A stretch of DNA of 35,125 nucleotides, taken from positions 1 through 35,125 of the IMG/VR virus record IMGVR_UViG_3300017754_001394; one strand, 5' to 3'. The translations under genes were made by a program, and so were the position numbers. Origin of the DNA: a virus. Lineage: Duplodnaviria > Caudoviricetes. Positions 1 through 9,593 of this stretch are shown piece by piece (the first letter of the stretch is position 1; every line of letters begins with the position of its first letter). The notes under the pieces were generated by a model. That model did no database searches. It was not told the origin of the DNA and worked only from the letters and a program-made list of their open reading frames with translations.

Positions 1-5
1 ATATG

Positions 6-11
6 TATTTA
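6..11 (-). promoter_or_regulatory. TAAATA late-type promoter core for the next gene (beyond the window edge)
   Basis: Minus strand reads gaTAAATAcatat directly after the capsid terminator; same motif recurs at many junctions. Confidence 0.6.
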
Positions 12-18
12 TCAAACG

Positions 19-44
19 AAAAAAGCTCCCGAAGGAGCCTTTTT
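19..44 (-). terminator. Rho-independent terminator after major capsid gene
   Basis: Minus strand GCUCC-UUCG-GGAGC followed by U6; a T-run on the other flank makes it potentially bidirectional. Confidence 0.85.
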
Positions 45-74
45 CTAATCGAGTTTCTTTACACTCGTTACCAA

Positions 75-1250
75 TTAAGGTGTTACATCGCCAGCACCGC
101 TGTTGACACGTTGTACCAAAGCAGCAGGACGTGCACCAGGCAATGAAGACTGAGCAGTTGTACCTGCAGTGATGTTGTTCAACATACCTACGCCAGCTGG
201 GTTACGTACAATCAATGTACCTTCCATGATGAACTGATCCAATGAAGCGTCAGCGTTACTGAATACTTCGTTGTTTGGTCCTAGGTCACGCAATGAACCC
301 CACTGAACTACGTCTTCATTCAAGAAGTAGATAGAGTTCGAAACACCTGCTTGGTCCATGATCCATGAATCATAAACTTCGTATGTGTAATTGAAGTCAC
401 CTTCGTATGTTGCAACTGTATCACCACGCTCTGAATTGACACGGTTAATGCCACGAGATTGTGTGATGTTATCAGAGATTGAAGTACGTAGACTTGTTGG
501 AGCAACAATAGTACGAATCTTTGCGTTGTAACGTTGTTCAGCAGTTGTTACCAATTGCTTGTACAATGCTGGTGAGAAATACTGGTTAGTAAATGTACCT
601 GCATAGAAGTTCGAACCGTTAGCATTGATGTTCAAAACGTTAGAACCTTGTGACGCACTGTCAGTAGATTCGTTGTTTGTGAATGTGTCTAAACCTGACA
701 ATGTGCCAGATGTTGTGTTGAATGACTGAGTACCTGCGAAAGAACTCAATGAACCCATACGACGACCAGTTTGACCTGATGGTAGACCAGATGCTGAGCC
801 AGATTGACCTGCATACTTTGTACCGATTTGGTCGTTACGAACTAATTGTTGTTCAACGTCAAACATCAATTCAATCAATTGCTTGACTTCTTGATATGCT
901 TGAGGATCACCACCAGCTTGCATAACAGCACGAGCAGTACCTGAAGCGGCAATAACTGTACTGAAAATCTGCGTGTAGTTACCTAAGTTGTAACGACTAT
1001 TTGACTCTGCTTGTGAAGTTGCAACTGTAGCACCTTCAACTTGAGCTTGAACTGCGGGAGCACGATAGATATCGTCTGTCCACAATGGTAAAGTTGAGTT
1101 AACTTTACGCTTTTTTGACATAGCCATGTTTAAAACAGGGGTATCATCTTTAACACGATTAGACACATCTAGGTCTAGATCCTTGACAACAATATCTGAG
1201 CCGTATGCTGTAGTACCGTTACCAATTTGACTGGTTGTAATTTCTGCCAT
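75..1250 (-). CDS. Major capsid protein (DUF5309/SU10 MCP-like)
   Basis: 391 aa; NYTQIFSTVIAASGTARAV and EGTLIVRNP segments resemble this capsid family; follows scaffold; strong AAGGAG RBS; terminator downstream. Confidence 0.85.
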   Translation of the reverse strand: MAEITTSQIGNGTTAYGSDIVVKDLDLDVSNRVKDDTPVLNMAMSKKRKVNSTLPLWTDDIYRAPAVQAQVEGATVATSQAESNSRYNLGNYTQIFSTVIAASGTARAVMQAGGDPQAYQEVKQLIELMFDVEQQLVRNDQIGTKYAGQSGSASGLPSGQTGRRMGSLSSFAGTQSFNTTSGTLSGLDTFTNNESTDSASQGSNVLNINANGSNFYAGTFTNQYFSPALYKQLVTTAEQRYNAKIRTIVAPTSLRTSISDNITQSRGINRVNSERGDTVATYEGDFNYTYEVYDSWIMDQAGVSNSIYFLNEDVVQWGSLRDLGPNNEVFSNADASLDQFIMEGTLIVRNPAGVGMLNNITAGTTAQSSLPGARPAALVQRVNSGAGDVTP

Positions 1251-1286
1251 TTTATTCTCCTTAAATGAATGTTATTGAGGCTTTTT

Positions 1287-1292
1287 TATTTA
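1287..1292 (-). promoter_or_regulatory. TAAATA late-type promoter core upstream of capsid gene
   Basis: agaTAAATAaa, overlapping the scaffold stop codon, 36 nt before the capsid ATG. Confidence 0.6.
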
Positions 1293-2450
1293 TCTACCAC
1301 CTCTACCAGCACGGATGCGTTGCAACTGCGCCATTAAGAGGTTGTCCCCGGCTTTCTTATCACCGGACTTGGCTTGTTCACGAAGTTTTGATAAATCATC
1401 ACCGCCACGATTGTTTGAATTAGAACCTGAACGTTTTTGTGTCAATGCTGCAATACTTGCACCACTTGACTTGGTTGTTGGTTTATCTCTGTAGCGTAAT
1501 CCGTCACGTAACAAACTTAGCAACTTTTCATCGCTAGTAATTAGATCCAAATTCTTAACTCCAGGAATCATTTCTTCTTTAGCTTGTGGCCACAACTTTT
1601 CAAGTTTACCGCGAAGTTCATTAAAGACATATTCGTTTTTCAACTCTTTATCTTCAAAATTCTTACGATGATACTCTAATCGTTCACTGACTTGTTGTTG
1701 ACGAATGTTTCTAAATTCATCTACAGCAGGTTTAAGCTGTCCGATAACTTGTTGCTGGCTTTGGATATACTGTTCATTCTGTGCCATACTAGCTTGAATC
1801 CTTGCGATTTGTGCAGGGTCGCTAGTACGTGCTAATTGCTGTTGGAATGTCGTTTGATATTGTTGTGTTTTCACAATCTCATCATACGCACCACGCAATT
1901 TAGGCTGAACTGTAAATTCCATTGCTAAAGTCAAACCTTCTTGTCGTCCACGTGCATCGTTTAAGTATTCGTCAAACTCTGCTCGTTCAATCTTCAATTG
2001 TCTGGCTTCTTCGTGTATTGCTGATCCTTGACCTAGTATGGACGCAGCCTTCTTAGCATCGATAACTACTTCTTTACCATTCTTCATAAACTTGAACTTA
2101 GCGTTCGGATTAGTTTCTGCGAATTCAATAAAGTCAATTAGTTCATCTGATGTAGAATTATCATTACTATCAGTAGTTACCTCTTCAGGGCTATCTGCTT
2201 CGTGATTGCTATCGTCAAATAATTCGGTTTCCGTATCATCAACTTCTGGCACAGCATTAGGTGCCACAGGGCTGGAATCTTCTGCCGAAGTTTCTGTACC
2301 TGTCTCAGTTGAGTTAGTAGCGCCAATTTGATTACGTAATGTGGTTTCACGCATTGCGGTCATTTTTGCGGCTATTGAGTCTAAACTCGGGACTGCGTTT
2401 GTTTCAGTGGCCGTGCCTTGTGGGACATTAGGGCTGATATTATCTGTCAT
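1290..2450 (-). CDS. Capsid scaffolding protein
   Basis: 386 aa; acidic disordered N-terminus, Gln-rich coiled-coil middle, basic C-terminus; lies between portal and capsid. Confidence 0.75.
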   Translation of the reverse strand: MTDNISPNVPQGTATETNAVPSLDSIAAKMTAMRETTLRNQIGATNSTETGTETSAEDSSPVAPNAVPEVDDTETELFDDSNHEADSPEEVTTDSNDNSTSDELIDFIEFAETNPNAKFKFMKNGKEVVIDAKKAASILGQGSAIHEEARQLKIERAEFDEYLNDARGRQEGLTLAMEFTVQPKLRGAYDEIVKTQQYQTTFQQQLARTSDPAQIARIQASMAQNEQYIQSQQQVIGQLKPAVDEFRNIRQQQVSERLEYHRKNFEDKELKNEYVFNELRGKLEKLWPQAKEEMIPGVKNLDLITSDEKLLSLLRDGLRYRDKPTTKSSGASIAALTQKRSGSNSNNRGGDDLSKLREQAKSGDKKAGDNLLMAQLQRIRAGRGGR

Positions 2451-2468
2451 TTCAATTTTCTTTCTAAG

Positions 2469-2807
2469 TTATACTTGGGCGATATTATCGTTACCAAGTT
2501 TCGTTTTTAAGTAAACAGCTTTTTTAAGGCTATTTACAAAATTGTCTATTCCAGCCAGTTCGTGTGCCAATGCAACACGTTGACTATTATCATCATTAGT
2601 AAATCCCCTAATACTTGCTAGGGTATCTGCTAACTCAAACTTGTGGTGATGTATAAACATCGCCAAATCTTTATTCTTTAGTAGTTGTTCAGCTTGACTA
2701 CCGTAATGTCTAATTTGATCCTTTTTAGCAGGAGTCATCTTATGTAAATTACTGTAGTCAAGTGTCAATCTAGTGTTGTAAAATTCAACTGAATCTTCGC
2801 TAATCAT
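2469..2807 (-). CDS. Hypothetical head-module protein
   Basis: 112 aa helical ORF with AAGGA RBS, between portal and scaffold. Confidence 0.75.
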   Translation of the reverse strand: MISEDSVEFYNTRLTLDYSNLHKMTPAKKDQIRHYGSQAEQLLKNKDLAMFIHHHKFELADTLASIRGFTNDDNSQRVALAHELAGIDNFVNSLKKAVYLKTKLGNDNIAQV

Positions 2808-2829
2808 TACATTTCCTTAATCTATAAGT

Positions 2830-2835
2830 TATTTA
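2830..2835 (-). promoter_or_regulatory. TAAATA late-type promoter core
   Basis: gcaTAAATAac in the 36-nt gap after portal; does not overlap a stop codon. Confidence 0.6.
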
Positions 2836-2843
2836 TGCCTGTC

Positions 2844-5126
2844 TTAACTGTAGACTTTAGGATCTCCCTGAGCTAAAGCCATGTAGTCTAATTGAGTTTC
2901 AGCATCTTGTCCTGAAACTTCCATTTGAATTTGATTAGCTTTAACTTGATTCAACATAGCTGTACTCAAGTCTTTCTTGTCTGTTGGGCTAGGTTCTTTG
3001 TTTTTCATAGATTCGTTAGCTTGTTTAATCATAGCCATAACTTCATCGTCTGATGGTAGATACGAATTACAATCTTTAACACCTAACACATACAATGTAT
3101 CAGCAAATGGTTTCTTAATCTTTTTATAGATATCAGGAGTCAATGTACCTGAAGTTACCATACTTTGTGTAGTTGTGTACAAGTCAGCTTGGCACTTTTG
3201 AATAATCTGCAAACGACCTAATGCGTTTTCTTCACTATTCATACCTAATGCTAGTTCTAAATGAATCTGTTTTCTGTCGCAGAAGTTCATGTCGTCCCAT
3301 GCTTTAAAGTCTAAGAACTCAGGCTTCTTGTCTGGGTGAGTTGTTTGAGCTAATTTCTTAACACCATAATCATCACCATATTGAATCAATGTACGCCATA
3401 CTAACCATAACGCTTCACGTAGACCTTCAGCACTGTTACGAACTGTGTTGTCTTGAATGATTTGGTTAGGAGTTAATGCAAGTTGTAATTTAACACCACT
3501 GTTACCAGCAGCCATTACTTCTGGGTTGAATACATCTGTAGGACTAGTCATACCAACCATAGCCATTGTATCTTGTTGGATACGATTCATAGCTACTTCT
3601 AAGAACTGTAAGTTACCTGAAGGAGGTGGAACTTGATATACGTCAGTTGCTGGATTAAACTTACTATCTAAAATAAAGATAGCTGCTTCGCCGTCTTGTA
3701 ACATCTCAAAGTCTAATCTGTCTGGCTTAACACCTAAACGAGGTGTTGCTGTTAATAATCCCAGTTGGATCTCTGCCCTTGCAGCGCTGGTGTTGTATTC
3801 TTGCATAGGGATTACTGATTCAGCAATACTCATGCCATAGAAGTTGCCTGGTAGGGGCTTGGGACACATGTTAGCAACTGGGATAAACTCTACTTCACGT
3901 GCCGAAATGATGTATGAACCACTGTAGATTAATTCTACTAGTTCTAATTCACCGTCGCCATCAATGTCATACTTGTTCCAAACAGTAACAACTGAAACTT
4001 GTTTACTATCTGGGTCAGCACTACTTGCTGAACTGACAGGAATACCCATGACTGGTACTGAGTCACGTGCGTGAATAGCTAAGTTGTTTAGTACTGAACC
4101 TGCTTGATAAGCACCGTTCATGTTATACTCGGCGTGTGTTCTGAATTCTTCTAAGTTAATATCTGGATACAATTCCATTGCTTCTTGAATGGTCATTGGA
4201 TCATAGTAACCACAGAAAGGTTGATCCTTCATCTCTGGTACAGTTGGATCACAGATCCAGTAGTGTTGAGCAATAGGGTGGAACTTAATGTTTATACCAT
4301 ACCCGGTCAACTTATACTTTGCTGAATAGATTGAGTTGCGACTAATACTATCATTCAACATTTGCTGTTCACCGTCGAGTTGCTGAGTCTCTAACCCAGC
4401 AGTATTAGATTCCATCAATCCGTCCATATCGTCGGGATTAGTAGTGCCTAGTTGGTCAACAAAACCACCAACCATTTCTTGTGCTAAGCCTTGATTGAAT
4501 TCTTTAGTTGAGCCTTGCATCTCTTTCCAGACTTTTTCAATCTCAACTTTAACTCTACGGCGTGATTGACGTAATGCAGTTAAACCACCTTCAGCAGCTT
4601 GTGCTTCAAATGCTTTAAGTTGTTCTAAAGTACCTTCTGTTTCAACATAACGTGTAATCTTTTCACGCACTGGCTTAATCATCATCATGCCGTTTTTGTG
4701 CATAGCACTGTCCATGATCCAGCGCTCTAAGATAAAGTGCGGGTCGTTCATTTGATTGACGACTTTGGAAACCATTTCAGTGGCTTGACGGGCAGCAGTT
4801 TCATCCATTTCACCGTCAGCTACAAACTCAAAGTTGATTTCACCGTTAGGCATCAAACCTTTAGCAATAACAGCAGTAGCGTAATCAACTACAGGCTTGA
4901 CACTAGGGTGAATATAGTCAATACCATTAACAGGAGCTGTACTGTCAGTGACAGCAAGACACAAATAATGATAATCACTAGCTCTGTTAACTGCATTCTT
5001 AGTTCCAAGATAACGAAGATATGAAGCCATCTTCACATCCATTAAATTCTTCATCCGTACAAAGCGTTCGTTAATCTTGCGATTCTGATTAATGTCGTCA
5101 ACGGGAATATTCTTAATATCTAGCAT
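2844..5126 (-). CDS. Portal protein (P22/SU10-like)
   Basis: 760 aa after terminase; features such as DIDGDGELEL, PLPGNFYGMSIAE and a helical C-terminus fit podovirus portals. Confidence 0.85.
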   Translation of the reverse strand: MLDIKNIPVDDINQNRKINERFVRMKNLMDVKMASYLRYLGTKNAVNRASDYHYLCLAVTDSTAPVNGIDYIHPSVKPVVDYATAVIAKGLMPNGEINFEFVADGEMDETAARQATEMVSKVVNQMNDPHFILERWIMDSAMHKNGMMMIKPVREKITRYVETEGTLEQLKAFEAQAAEGGLTALRQSRRRVKVEIEKVWKEMQGSTKEFNQGLAQEMVGGFVDQLGTTNPDDMDGLMESNTAGLETQQLDGEQQMLNDSISRNSIYSAKYKLTGYGINIKFHPIAQHYWICDPTVPEMKDQPFCGYYDPMTIQEAMELYPDINLEEFRTHAEYNMNGAYQAGSVLNNLAIHARDSVPVMGIPVSSASSADPDSKQVSVVTVWNKYDIDGDGELELVELIYSGSYIISAREVEFIPVANMCPKPLPGNFYGMSIAESVIPMQEYNTSAARAEIQLGLLTATPRLGVKPDRLDFEMLQDGEAAIFILDSKFNPATDVYQVPPPSGNLQFLEVAMNRIQQDTMAMVGMTSPTDVFNPEVMAAGNSGVKLQLALTPNQIIQDNTVRNSAEGLREALWLVWRTLIQYGDDYGVKKLAQTTHPDKKPEFLDFKAWDDMNFCDRKQIHLELALGMNSEENALGRLQIIQKCQADLYTTTQSMVTSGTLTPDIYKKIKKPFADTLYVLGVKDCNSYLPSDDEVMAMIKQANESMKNKEPSPTDKKDLSTAMLNQVKANQIQMEVSGQDAETQLDYMALAQGDPKVYS

Positions 5127-5149
5127 GTCTAGAAGTCCTTTGTAATCTA

Positions 5150-5278
5150 TTATTTAGTCTTTGTAGAATCTTCTGTTTTTGCTGGCTTTTCTTCTTTATC
5201 TTTCTTACCAAAGATTAAATCCCAGTTATCATTAACTTTTTGTTTGTCTTCTTTTCTACGTGCTGAGCCTTTTCCCAT
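5150..5278 (-). CDS. Small basic hypothetical protein (42 aa, not in ORF track)
   Basis: Hand translation MGKGSARRKEDKQKVNDNWDLIFGKKDKEEKPAKTEDSTKTK; AAGGA RBS; fills the terminase-portal gap. Confidence 0.7.
   Translation of the reverse strand: MGKGSARRKEDKQKVNDNWDLIFGKKDKEEKPAKTEDSTKTK
5151..5156 (-). promoter_or_regulatory. TAAATA late-type promoter core upstream of portal
   Basis: gacTAAATAatag, 24 nt before the portal ATG. Confidence 0.6.
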
Positions 5279-5286
5279 ATATTTCC

Positions 5287-6897
5287 TTAATTAGCTGAGT
5301 ATGCTTTTTTCCAAGCAGGTTTAGTGCTGTCATCTCTTATTATATATCTGTCTCTTTGTGCAGCCATGCGTTGTGCAGGTGTTCTATCGTCCCATGGTTC
5401 TGCTATGCCCTGAAGACATGCAAGAATACCATAACGACAGCTATCAATGCAATCGTCAGGATCGCTAAAGCGTCCCTTTTCATCTACGAAGTAGTTCTGT
5501 GCTTCACTTAGGAAATGAGTACAGTTCTCGTTAACCATTAAACTTCCAACTTCTAGCATCTGACGCATTTGGTTGATACCATATGCTTTGTGATTAGTAA
5601 CTCGTCCCTGACTATCAGGTGGATTCATAATCGCTTTTTCATACACATTAAGTTGATACTGTTCAAACAACTCTCTAATTGAGTTTGACGACATTGTATA
5701 TCGTCCAGCTGTAAAAGCATCTGCCGGAAGAACGATTGGGGTTCCATAGACTTCTGGTCTAAGTAAGTGATTGATGTACTGTGTTGGCACAGCTTCTTCA
5801 ATACCTTGAACAACGATTTGTCTATGTAAGTACGCAGTACGTTCATGCGGTTCCCAGTATATTAAACTAATAACAGTCTTGTCATTCACTAGACCTAAGT
5901 CAAGAGAAATAACTCTATGAATGTTATGCATAGTATTAAAGTCAATCTCACCTGTCTTATAGGTAGGCCAACTATTAAGCTGAAATACTGCGCCTTTACC
6001 CATAACAGGTTTACCAGCAATCCGTGCTTCACGTTCATGTGGAAGATAATCTTTCTCTAATTGTCGTCTAGTACTATTTAACAGAAACGCTTGTCCCCAT
6101 GGATCATATTCAGGACAATCATCCCATGATACACGAACATACTCGTATCCTTCTTCTTTGTTCCAGAACTTACTTACTAGCCCGTTCAAACCTTTTAATG
6201 GTGTGAAAGAACATAATACTTTACCTTGTGTTGTAGCAGTACGTGTAACGATTTCTGAGAAGAAGTCATCCGGTGGTTGCTCATCGAACACAGCTAGGTT
6301 CAGTTTAAAACCTTGTAACTGTCGAACTTCCTGTGTGTAGTTTGCAAACAATAGGTAAGATTTAGCTCCTGACACATGTTTGATTTCCACACCGATACAG
6401 TTCGCTCCATCACTACGCATAGTATCAGTAACAATACAATGTCTTGGAATCGCACCTGTGCCTATATTCTCTCTGATTTTAATATCTTGTGTGCCTAGTA
6501 GTTCGTTCTGAAGTACTAATGCAACCTGTGACCAACCCTCACCTGCTACCATGCAAGTAATAGGTTTATCGAATCTGTAGCCATTCCACCATTCAGGATA
6601 AATGCCCGTTAAGTGACATGCTGTTTCAAAGCAAGTACTAACTGTTTTACCAATACGGTTTGCAGCTAGAATACCTCTACGTTCTGAATTACCTGTAGCA
6701 AAGAACTTTAATTGATGGTCGAAGGGTCGAAAGTATTTCAATTGATTGAATCGCATGTCTTCACATACTTCAATCGATAAATCTTCTAATTGACTTCTTA
6801 ATGGACCTGGAATGGTCGGTAGACTTTCAACTGTTAAATTGTTTTTGTCTACCGCCCATCTTAAAGCACGAGCCATTAAAGTCTCTGTGCCTATCAT
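5287..6897 (-). CDS. terL: Terminase large subunit
   Basis: 536 aa; Walker A AANRIGKT, Walker B LAVFDE, motif III SFTP, nuclease acidic residues in SLDLG and DDCID. Confidence 0.92.
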   Translation of the reverse strand: MIGTETLMARALRWAVDKNNLTVESLPTIPGPLRSQLEDLSIEVCEDMRFNQLKYFRPFDHQLKFFATGNSERRGILAANRIGKTVSTCFETACHLTGIYPEWWNGYRFDKPITCMVAGEGWSQVALVLQNELLGTQDIKIRENIGTGAIPRHCIVTDTMRSDGANCIGVEIKHVSGAKSYLLFANYTQEVRQLQGFKLNLAVFDEQPPDDFFSEIVTRTATTQGKVLCSFTPLKGLNGLVSKFWNKEEGYEYVRVSWDDCPEYDPWGQAFLLNSTRRQLEKDYLPHEREARIAGKPVMGKGAVFQLNSWPTYKTGEIDFNTMHNIHRVISLDLGLVNDKTVISLIYWEPHERTAYLHRQIVVQGIEEAVPTQYINHLLRPEVYGTPIVLPADAFTAGRYTMSSNSIRELFEQYQLNVYEKAIMNPPDSQGRVTNHKAYGINQMRQMLEVGSLMVNENCTHFLSEAQNYFVDEKGRFSDPDDCIDSCRYGILACLQGIAEPWDDRTPAQRMAAQRDRYIIRDDSTKPAWKKAYSAN

Positions 6898-7244
6898 TAC
6901 TCTGTCTCAACTGGGTAGTGTTGGTTCATAATACTCAAGTAGTATAAACCATGAGCTAAGTCTTTAATTTCACCAGCATTACAATCCCATGTTTCAGGGT
7001 TTGACAAATCTGTTGGCTTCTTAGTTAGTATAGCTTGAAGTCGTTCTGCTGTAAGACGCATACAGTGTTCTACTTGACCTGGAAAGCGTTCTTTAAATGC
7101 TTCACGGTGAACTTTGTTGACTTTCTGAAGAATCTTAGTTTCTTGAAACATAATATCTTCTTTCTTCTTAACAGCATCACGTACTTCGTCCTTAGCGACA
7201 CGAATGATTTTACGTTCGTTACCATTTTTATCTAAGATAGGCAT
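6897..7244 (-). CDS. Hypothetical protein coupled to terL (115 aa from ATG 7244)
   Basis: ATG one base after the upstream stop is more plausible than the track's start at 7277; its stop overlaps the terL start (TAATG). Confidence 0.7.
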   Translation of the reverse strand: MPILDKNGNERKIIRVAKDEVRDAVKKKEDIMFQETKILQKVNKVHREAFKERFPGQVEHCMRLTAERLQAILTKKPTDLSNPETWDCNAGEIKDLAHGLYYLSIMNQHYPVETE

Positions 7245-7245
7245 A

Positions 7246-8052
7246 TTACTTATCCAAGTCCCATGGGTTATTAGCAACTGTGTCGTTCAATGAAACGAAT
7301 TCACGGTCGATCCATACTTCCCATTGATTAGTGTTGTTAACTCTGAATGTTTGCATCGTTGCACGTAGGCGTTTACCTTGTGGTGTCAATGTGCCATCTT
7401 CACGCATAACAACTTGTTCACCTGTACGTGGATCAACCCATTTGATAACTTCAGGGCGAGTGCGACCGAACTTGTCAATCTTTTCACCGAATGGTTTCTG
7501 TTCCAATGGACCTAAGATATCGTATGAAATCATACCATTCTTGTACTTGCGAAATAGCATGTGAACTTTCTTATCTTGGGCGCGTTGTTCTGCATCTGGA
7601 TGCGGGATAACAGGGCTGAAGAATACGTTTTGAACTTGATTGCGGTCTGGTAGTGATTCGTCACGCTTAGGTACTTCTTTGATTGGATCAATAGGTACTA
7701 GTTCTGTTCTGTCGATATATGGGTTGTCAGTACCTAGGAACACTGGATCAATATCTTCTCCATTGAGAACATCCATTGCAACTTGATACTTTAGTTTGTT
7801 TGCACGACCTTTTAAGTTTAGAACAATACCTGTTTCGTCATAAACAAATCGTTCTAGTTCTTTCGCTGTTGGAAAGTCGGTCATTAAGCCTTCTAAGTCA
7901 AACTGAACGTTTGATGTGGCTTTTGGTGCTTGTGGCTTTTTTACTTTACTGATATCTGGAATCTCTTGTTTAATAGATTCTACAACAGCTTCTTTTACAT
8001 CTGTTGTTGTATCCCAAATATCTTCGGATGGTGTTATTTTCTTTTTAGTCAT
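7246..8052 (-). CDS. Hypothetical protein
   Basis: 268 aa ORF with AAGGA RBS, in the terminase operon; no family recognised. Confidence 0.8.
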   Translation of the reverse strand: MTKKKITPSEDIWDTTTDVKEAVVESIKQEIPDISKVKKPQAPKATSNVQFDLEGLMTDFPTAKELERFVYDETGIVLNLKGRANKLKYQVAMDVLNGEDIDPVFLGTDNPYIDRTELVPIDPIKEVPKRDESLPDRNQVQNVFFSPVIPHPDAEQRAQDKKVHMLFRKYKNGMISYDILGPLEQKPFGEKIDKFGRTRPEVIKWVDPRTGEQVVMREDGTLTPQGKRLRATMQTFRVNNTNQWEVWIDREFVSLNDTVANNPWDLDK

Positions 8053-8078
8053 TTCTTTTCCTTTTCTAAACTATAAGT

Positions 8079-8122
8079 GGAGAGAGAACCCCATGTCCTC
8101 TCTCCTGTAGACAGCAATCTAC
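8079..8122 (-). other. Two-hairpin 5' leader of the terminase operon
   Basis: Inverted repeats gtaga/tctac (8107-8111, 8118-8122) and ggagagag/ctctctcc (8079-8086, 8098-8105). Confidence 0.5.
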
Positions 8123-8127
8123 TAAGC

Positions 8128-8133
8128 TATTTA
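8128..8133 (-). promoter_or_regulatory. TAAATA late-type promoter core
   Basis: aaaTAAATAgc overlapping a stop codon, 5 nt before the first leader hairpin. Confidence 0.55.
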
Positions 8134-8385
8134 TTTCTTACTAGCTGTTGGGTTACGTTTTGGTCCTGTGCGCTCATGTAGACCTTCCAATGCAGGATTA
8201 GTCTTACCAGCTTGACCACGTCCGCGCATTTCTAATGCACTTGTGACCATGTTAGCTAGAGTAGCTTTTTCGCTAGAACTCTTTGACTTTTCAGCCATGA
8301 ACTCTGAACGCTTGCTTGGTGTACCACTGTTACCAGTAGTAGGACCACGCTTTTGATTGATTGGTTTTGATTGTGGGTTGCTCAT
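8131..8385 (-). CDS. Small basic disordered protein
   Basis: 84 aa, Lys/Ser/Gly-rich, RBS present, contains RGPT motif. Confidence 0.7.
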   Translation of the reverse strand: MSNPQSKPINQKRGPTTGNSGTPSKRSEFMAEKSKSSSEKATLANMVTSALEMRGRGQAGKTNPALEGLHERTGPKRNPTASKK

Positions 8386-8395
8386 TTTATTTTCC

Positions 8396-8764
8396 TTATG
8401 CTACAACTGCTACTGGTGTGATGAATACTGGGCTAGAACTTGATGCTACAGCAGCGACAAAGATTTCTGCCGGTGCTGCTGATTGTGGTGCAACCTGTAT
8501 AATAACTTCTGCAAAAGCAGGGATAGGTGTGCTACCTGCAAGAACTCCGTCACCTGTAGGGATAACGGCTGTTTGACTTGTTAGTCCAACTGAGAAGTAA
8601 ATGTTTTGATCCACACTACCATTTGTAATTTTCAAGAAGTAAGGACCTGTTTGACCGCTAAAGCCAATGCCTGCTTCTGAAGGTGTAATACTAATTTGAG
8701 CACTTGTACTAGTAGCTGTAATCTTATGTGTTACGCCTGTAACTTGATATGCGCTGATAGCCAT
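8396..8764 (-). CDS. Hypothetical beta-rich protein, possible virion component
   Basis: 122 aa, alternating hydrophobic pattern, few charged residues, coupled to upstream ORF. Confidence 0.7.
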   Translation of the reverse strand: MAISAYQVTGVTHKITATSTSAQISITPSEAGIGFSGQTGPYFLKITNGSVDQNIYFSVGLTSQTAVIPTGDGVLAGSTPIPAFAEVIIQVAPQSAAPAEIFVAAVASSSSPVFITPVAVVA

Positions 8765-9051
8765 TATTCGTTACCTTTCGTAGGACCGCGACCATAGTTA
8801 AATGATTCTTTACCGCGCTTTGGCATTTCTTTTGTGCCGCCGGGAGTACGTACTTGAGGATTGTGACAACCCATAATCATATCTTTATCAGCAGGTACTT
8901 TTGTACCGCCGCCAGTTGGACCACGACCCTTATTAATAAGAGCACCGTCATTGGCTTTACCTGTATACTCGTTTACACATTGACCTGTCTTACTGCGAGA
9001 ATAACCTGCGCCGCCCTGACCGTTAAATGCTAATCCTGAATTTTCTTTCAT
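8764..9051 (-). CDS. Small Gly/Lys-rich protein
   Basis: 95 aa with two GRGPT motifs; start and stop overlap neighbours. Confidence 0.7.
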   Translation of the reverse strand: MKENSGLAFNGQGGAGYSRSKTGQCVNEYTGKANDGALINKGRGPTGGGTKVPADKDMIMGCHNPQVRTPGGTKEMPKRGKESFNYGRGPTKGNE

Positions 9052-9197
9052 TTTGTTTTTCCTTTAGATTTTTTCGCCGCTTGTTTTTTAACGGCATAAC
9101 CAATGGCGACGGCTTGTTTCACTGGCTTTCCTGCTTTAACTTCTGTAGCAATGTTTTTACTCAATGCTTTTTTGCTTGTTGATTTCATTAATGGCAT
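9048..9197 (-). CDS. Small basic protein (49 aa, not in ORF track)
   Basis: Hand translation [49 protein letters not shown]; ATGA overlap with next gene; KQAVAI-type peptide of the kind seen near phage head genes. Confidence 0.75.
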   Translation of the reverse strand: MPLMKSTSKKALSKNIATEVKAGKPVKQAVAIGYAVKKQAAKKSKGKTK

Positions 9198-9201
9198 AAT
9201 C

Positions 9202-9207
9202 TATTTA
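9202..9207 (-). promoter_or_regulatory. TAAATA core, probable leaderless start
   Basis: gacTAAATA-gatt-ATG; only 4 nt to the start codon. Confidence 0.6.
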
Positions 9208-9549
9208 GTCTTTCTTTAAACCTGTCAGCTTCGCTAATGCTTCTGCGAACGCTGCTTGTTTAGCTTCAATAGCATCTTGAGGTTCTGTAATCTCAATCTT
9301 TGCTAATGATGTCATAACTTTGTTCAATATCAAATTATGATATTTGACTGTTAGTTGACTATCTCCACGAGTTCTAGCTTGTAAGAAGTCTTCAACTAAT
9401 AATGTTTCATATGGCTTGCCACCTGACTTATCTTTAAGTGCTGATAGCAAACCGTCAATTGTAACTTGTTCGGTCGAGCCTTTCTTGCGACCCGAGCCAG
9501 GACGTGGACCGCCGCGACCCTTTTTCTTTTCTGTTGTATTCTTTTCCAT
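9205..9549 (-). CDS. Putative terminase small subunit
   Basis: 114 aa; GRGGPRPGSGRKKGS basic N-terminal motif followed by helices, typical of many TerS proteins. Confidence 0.55.
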   Translation of the reverse strand: MEKNTTEKKKGRGGPRPGSGRKKGSTEQVTIDGLLSALKDKSGGKPYETLLVEDFLQARTRGDSQLTVKYHNLILNKVMTSLAKIEITEPQDAIEAKQAAFAEALAKLTGLKKD

Positions 9550-9554
9550 GTCTA

Positions 9555-9560
9555 TATTTA
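9555..9560 (-). promoter_or_regulatory. TAAATA core, probable leaderless start
   Basis: ggaTAAATA-tagac-ATG (5 nt spacer). Confidence 0.6.
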
Positions 9561-9568
9561 TCCTCTAT

Positions 9569-9574
9569 TAAATA
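9569..9574 (+). promoter_or_regulatory. Divergent TAAATA core for the plus-strand GNAT-like gene
   Basis: atTAAATAgtag, 19 nt before ATG 9594, back to back with the minus-strand motif. Confidence 0.55.
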
Positions 9575-9593
9575 GTAGTTTGAAAGCAATGAA

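Noticed and set aside
50-67. Small hairpin cgagt/actcg between capsid stop and terminator
   Set aside because: Core stem is only 5 bp; not enough to call an element.
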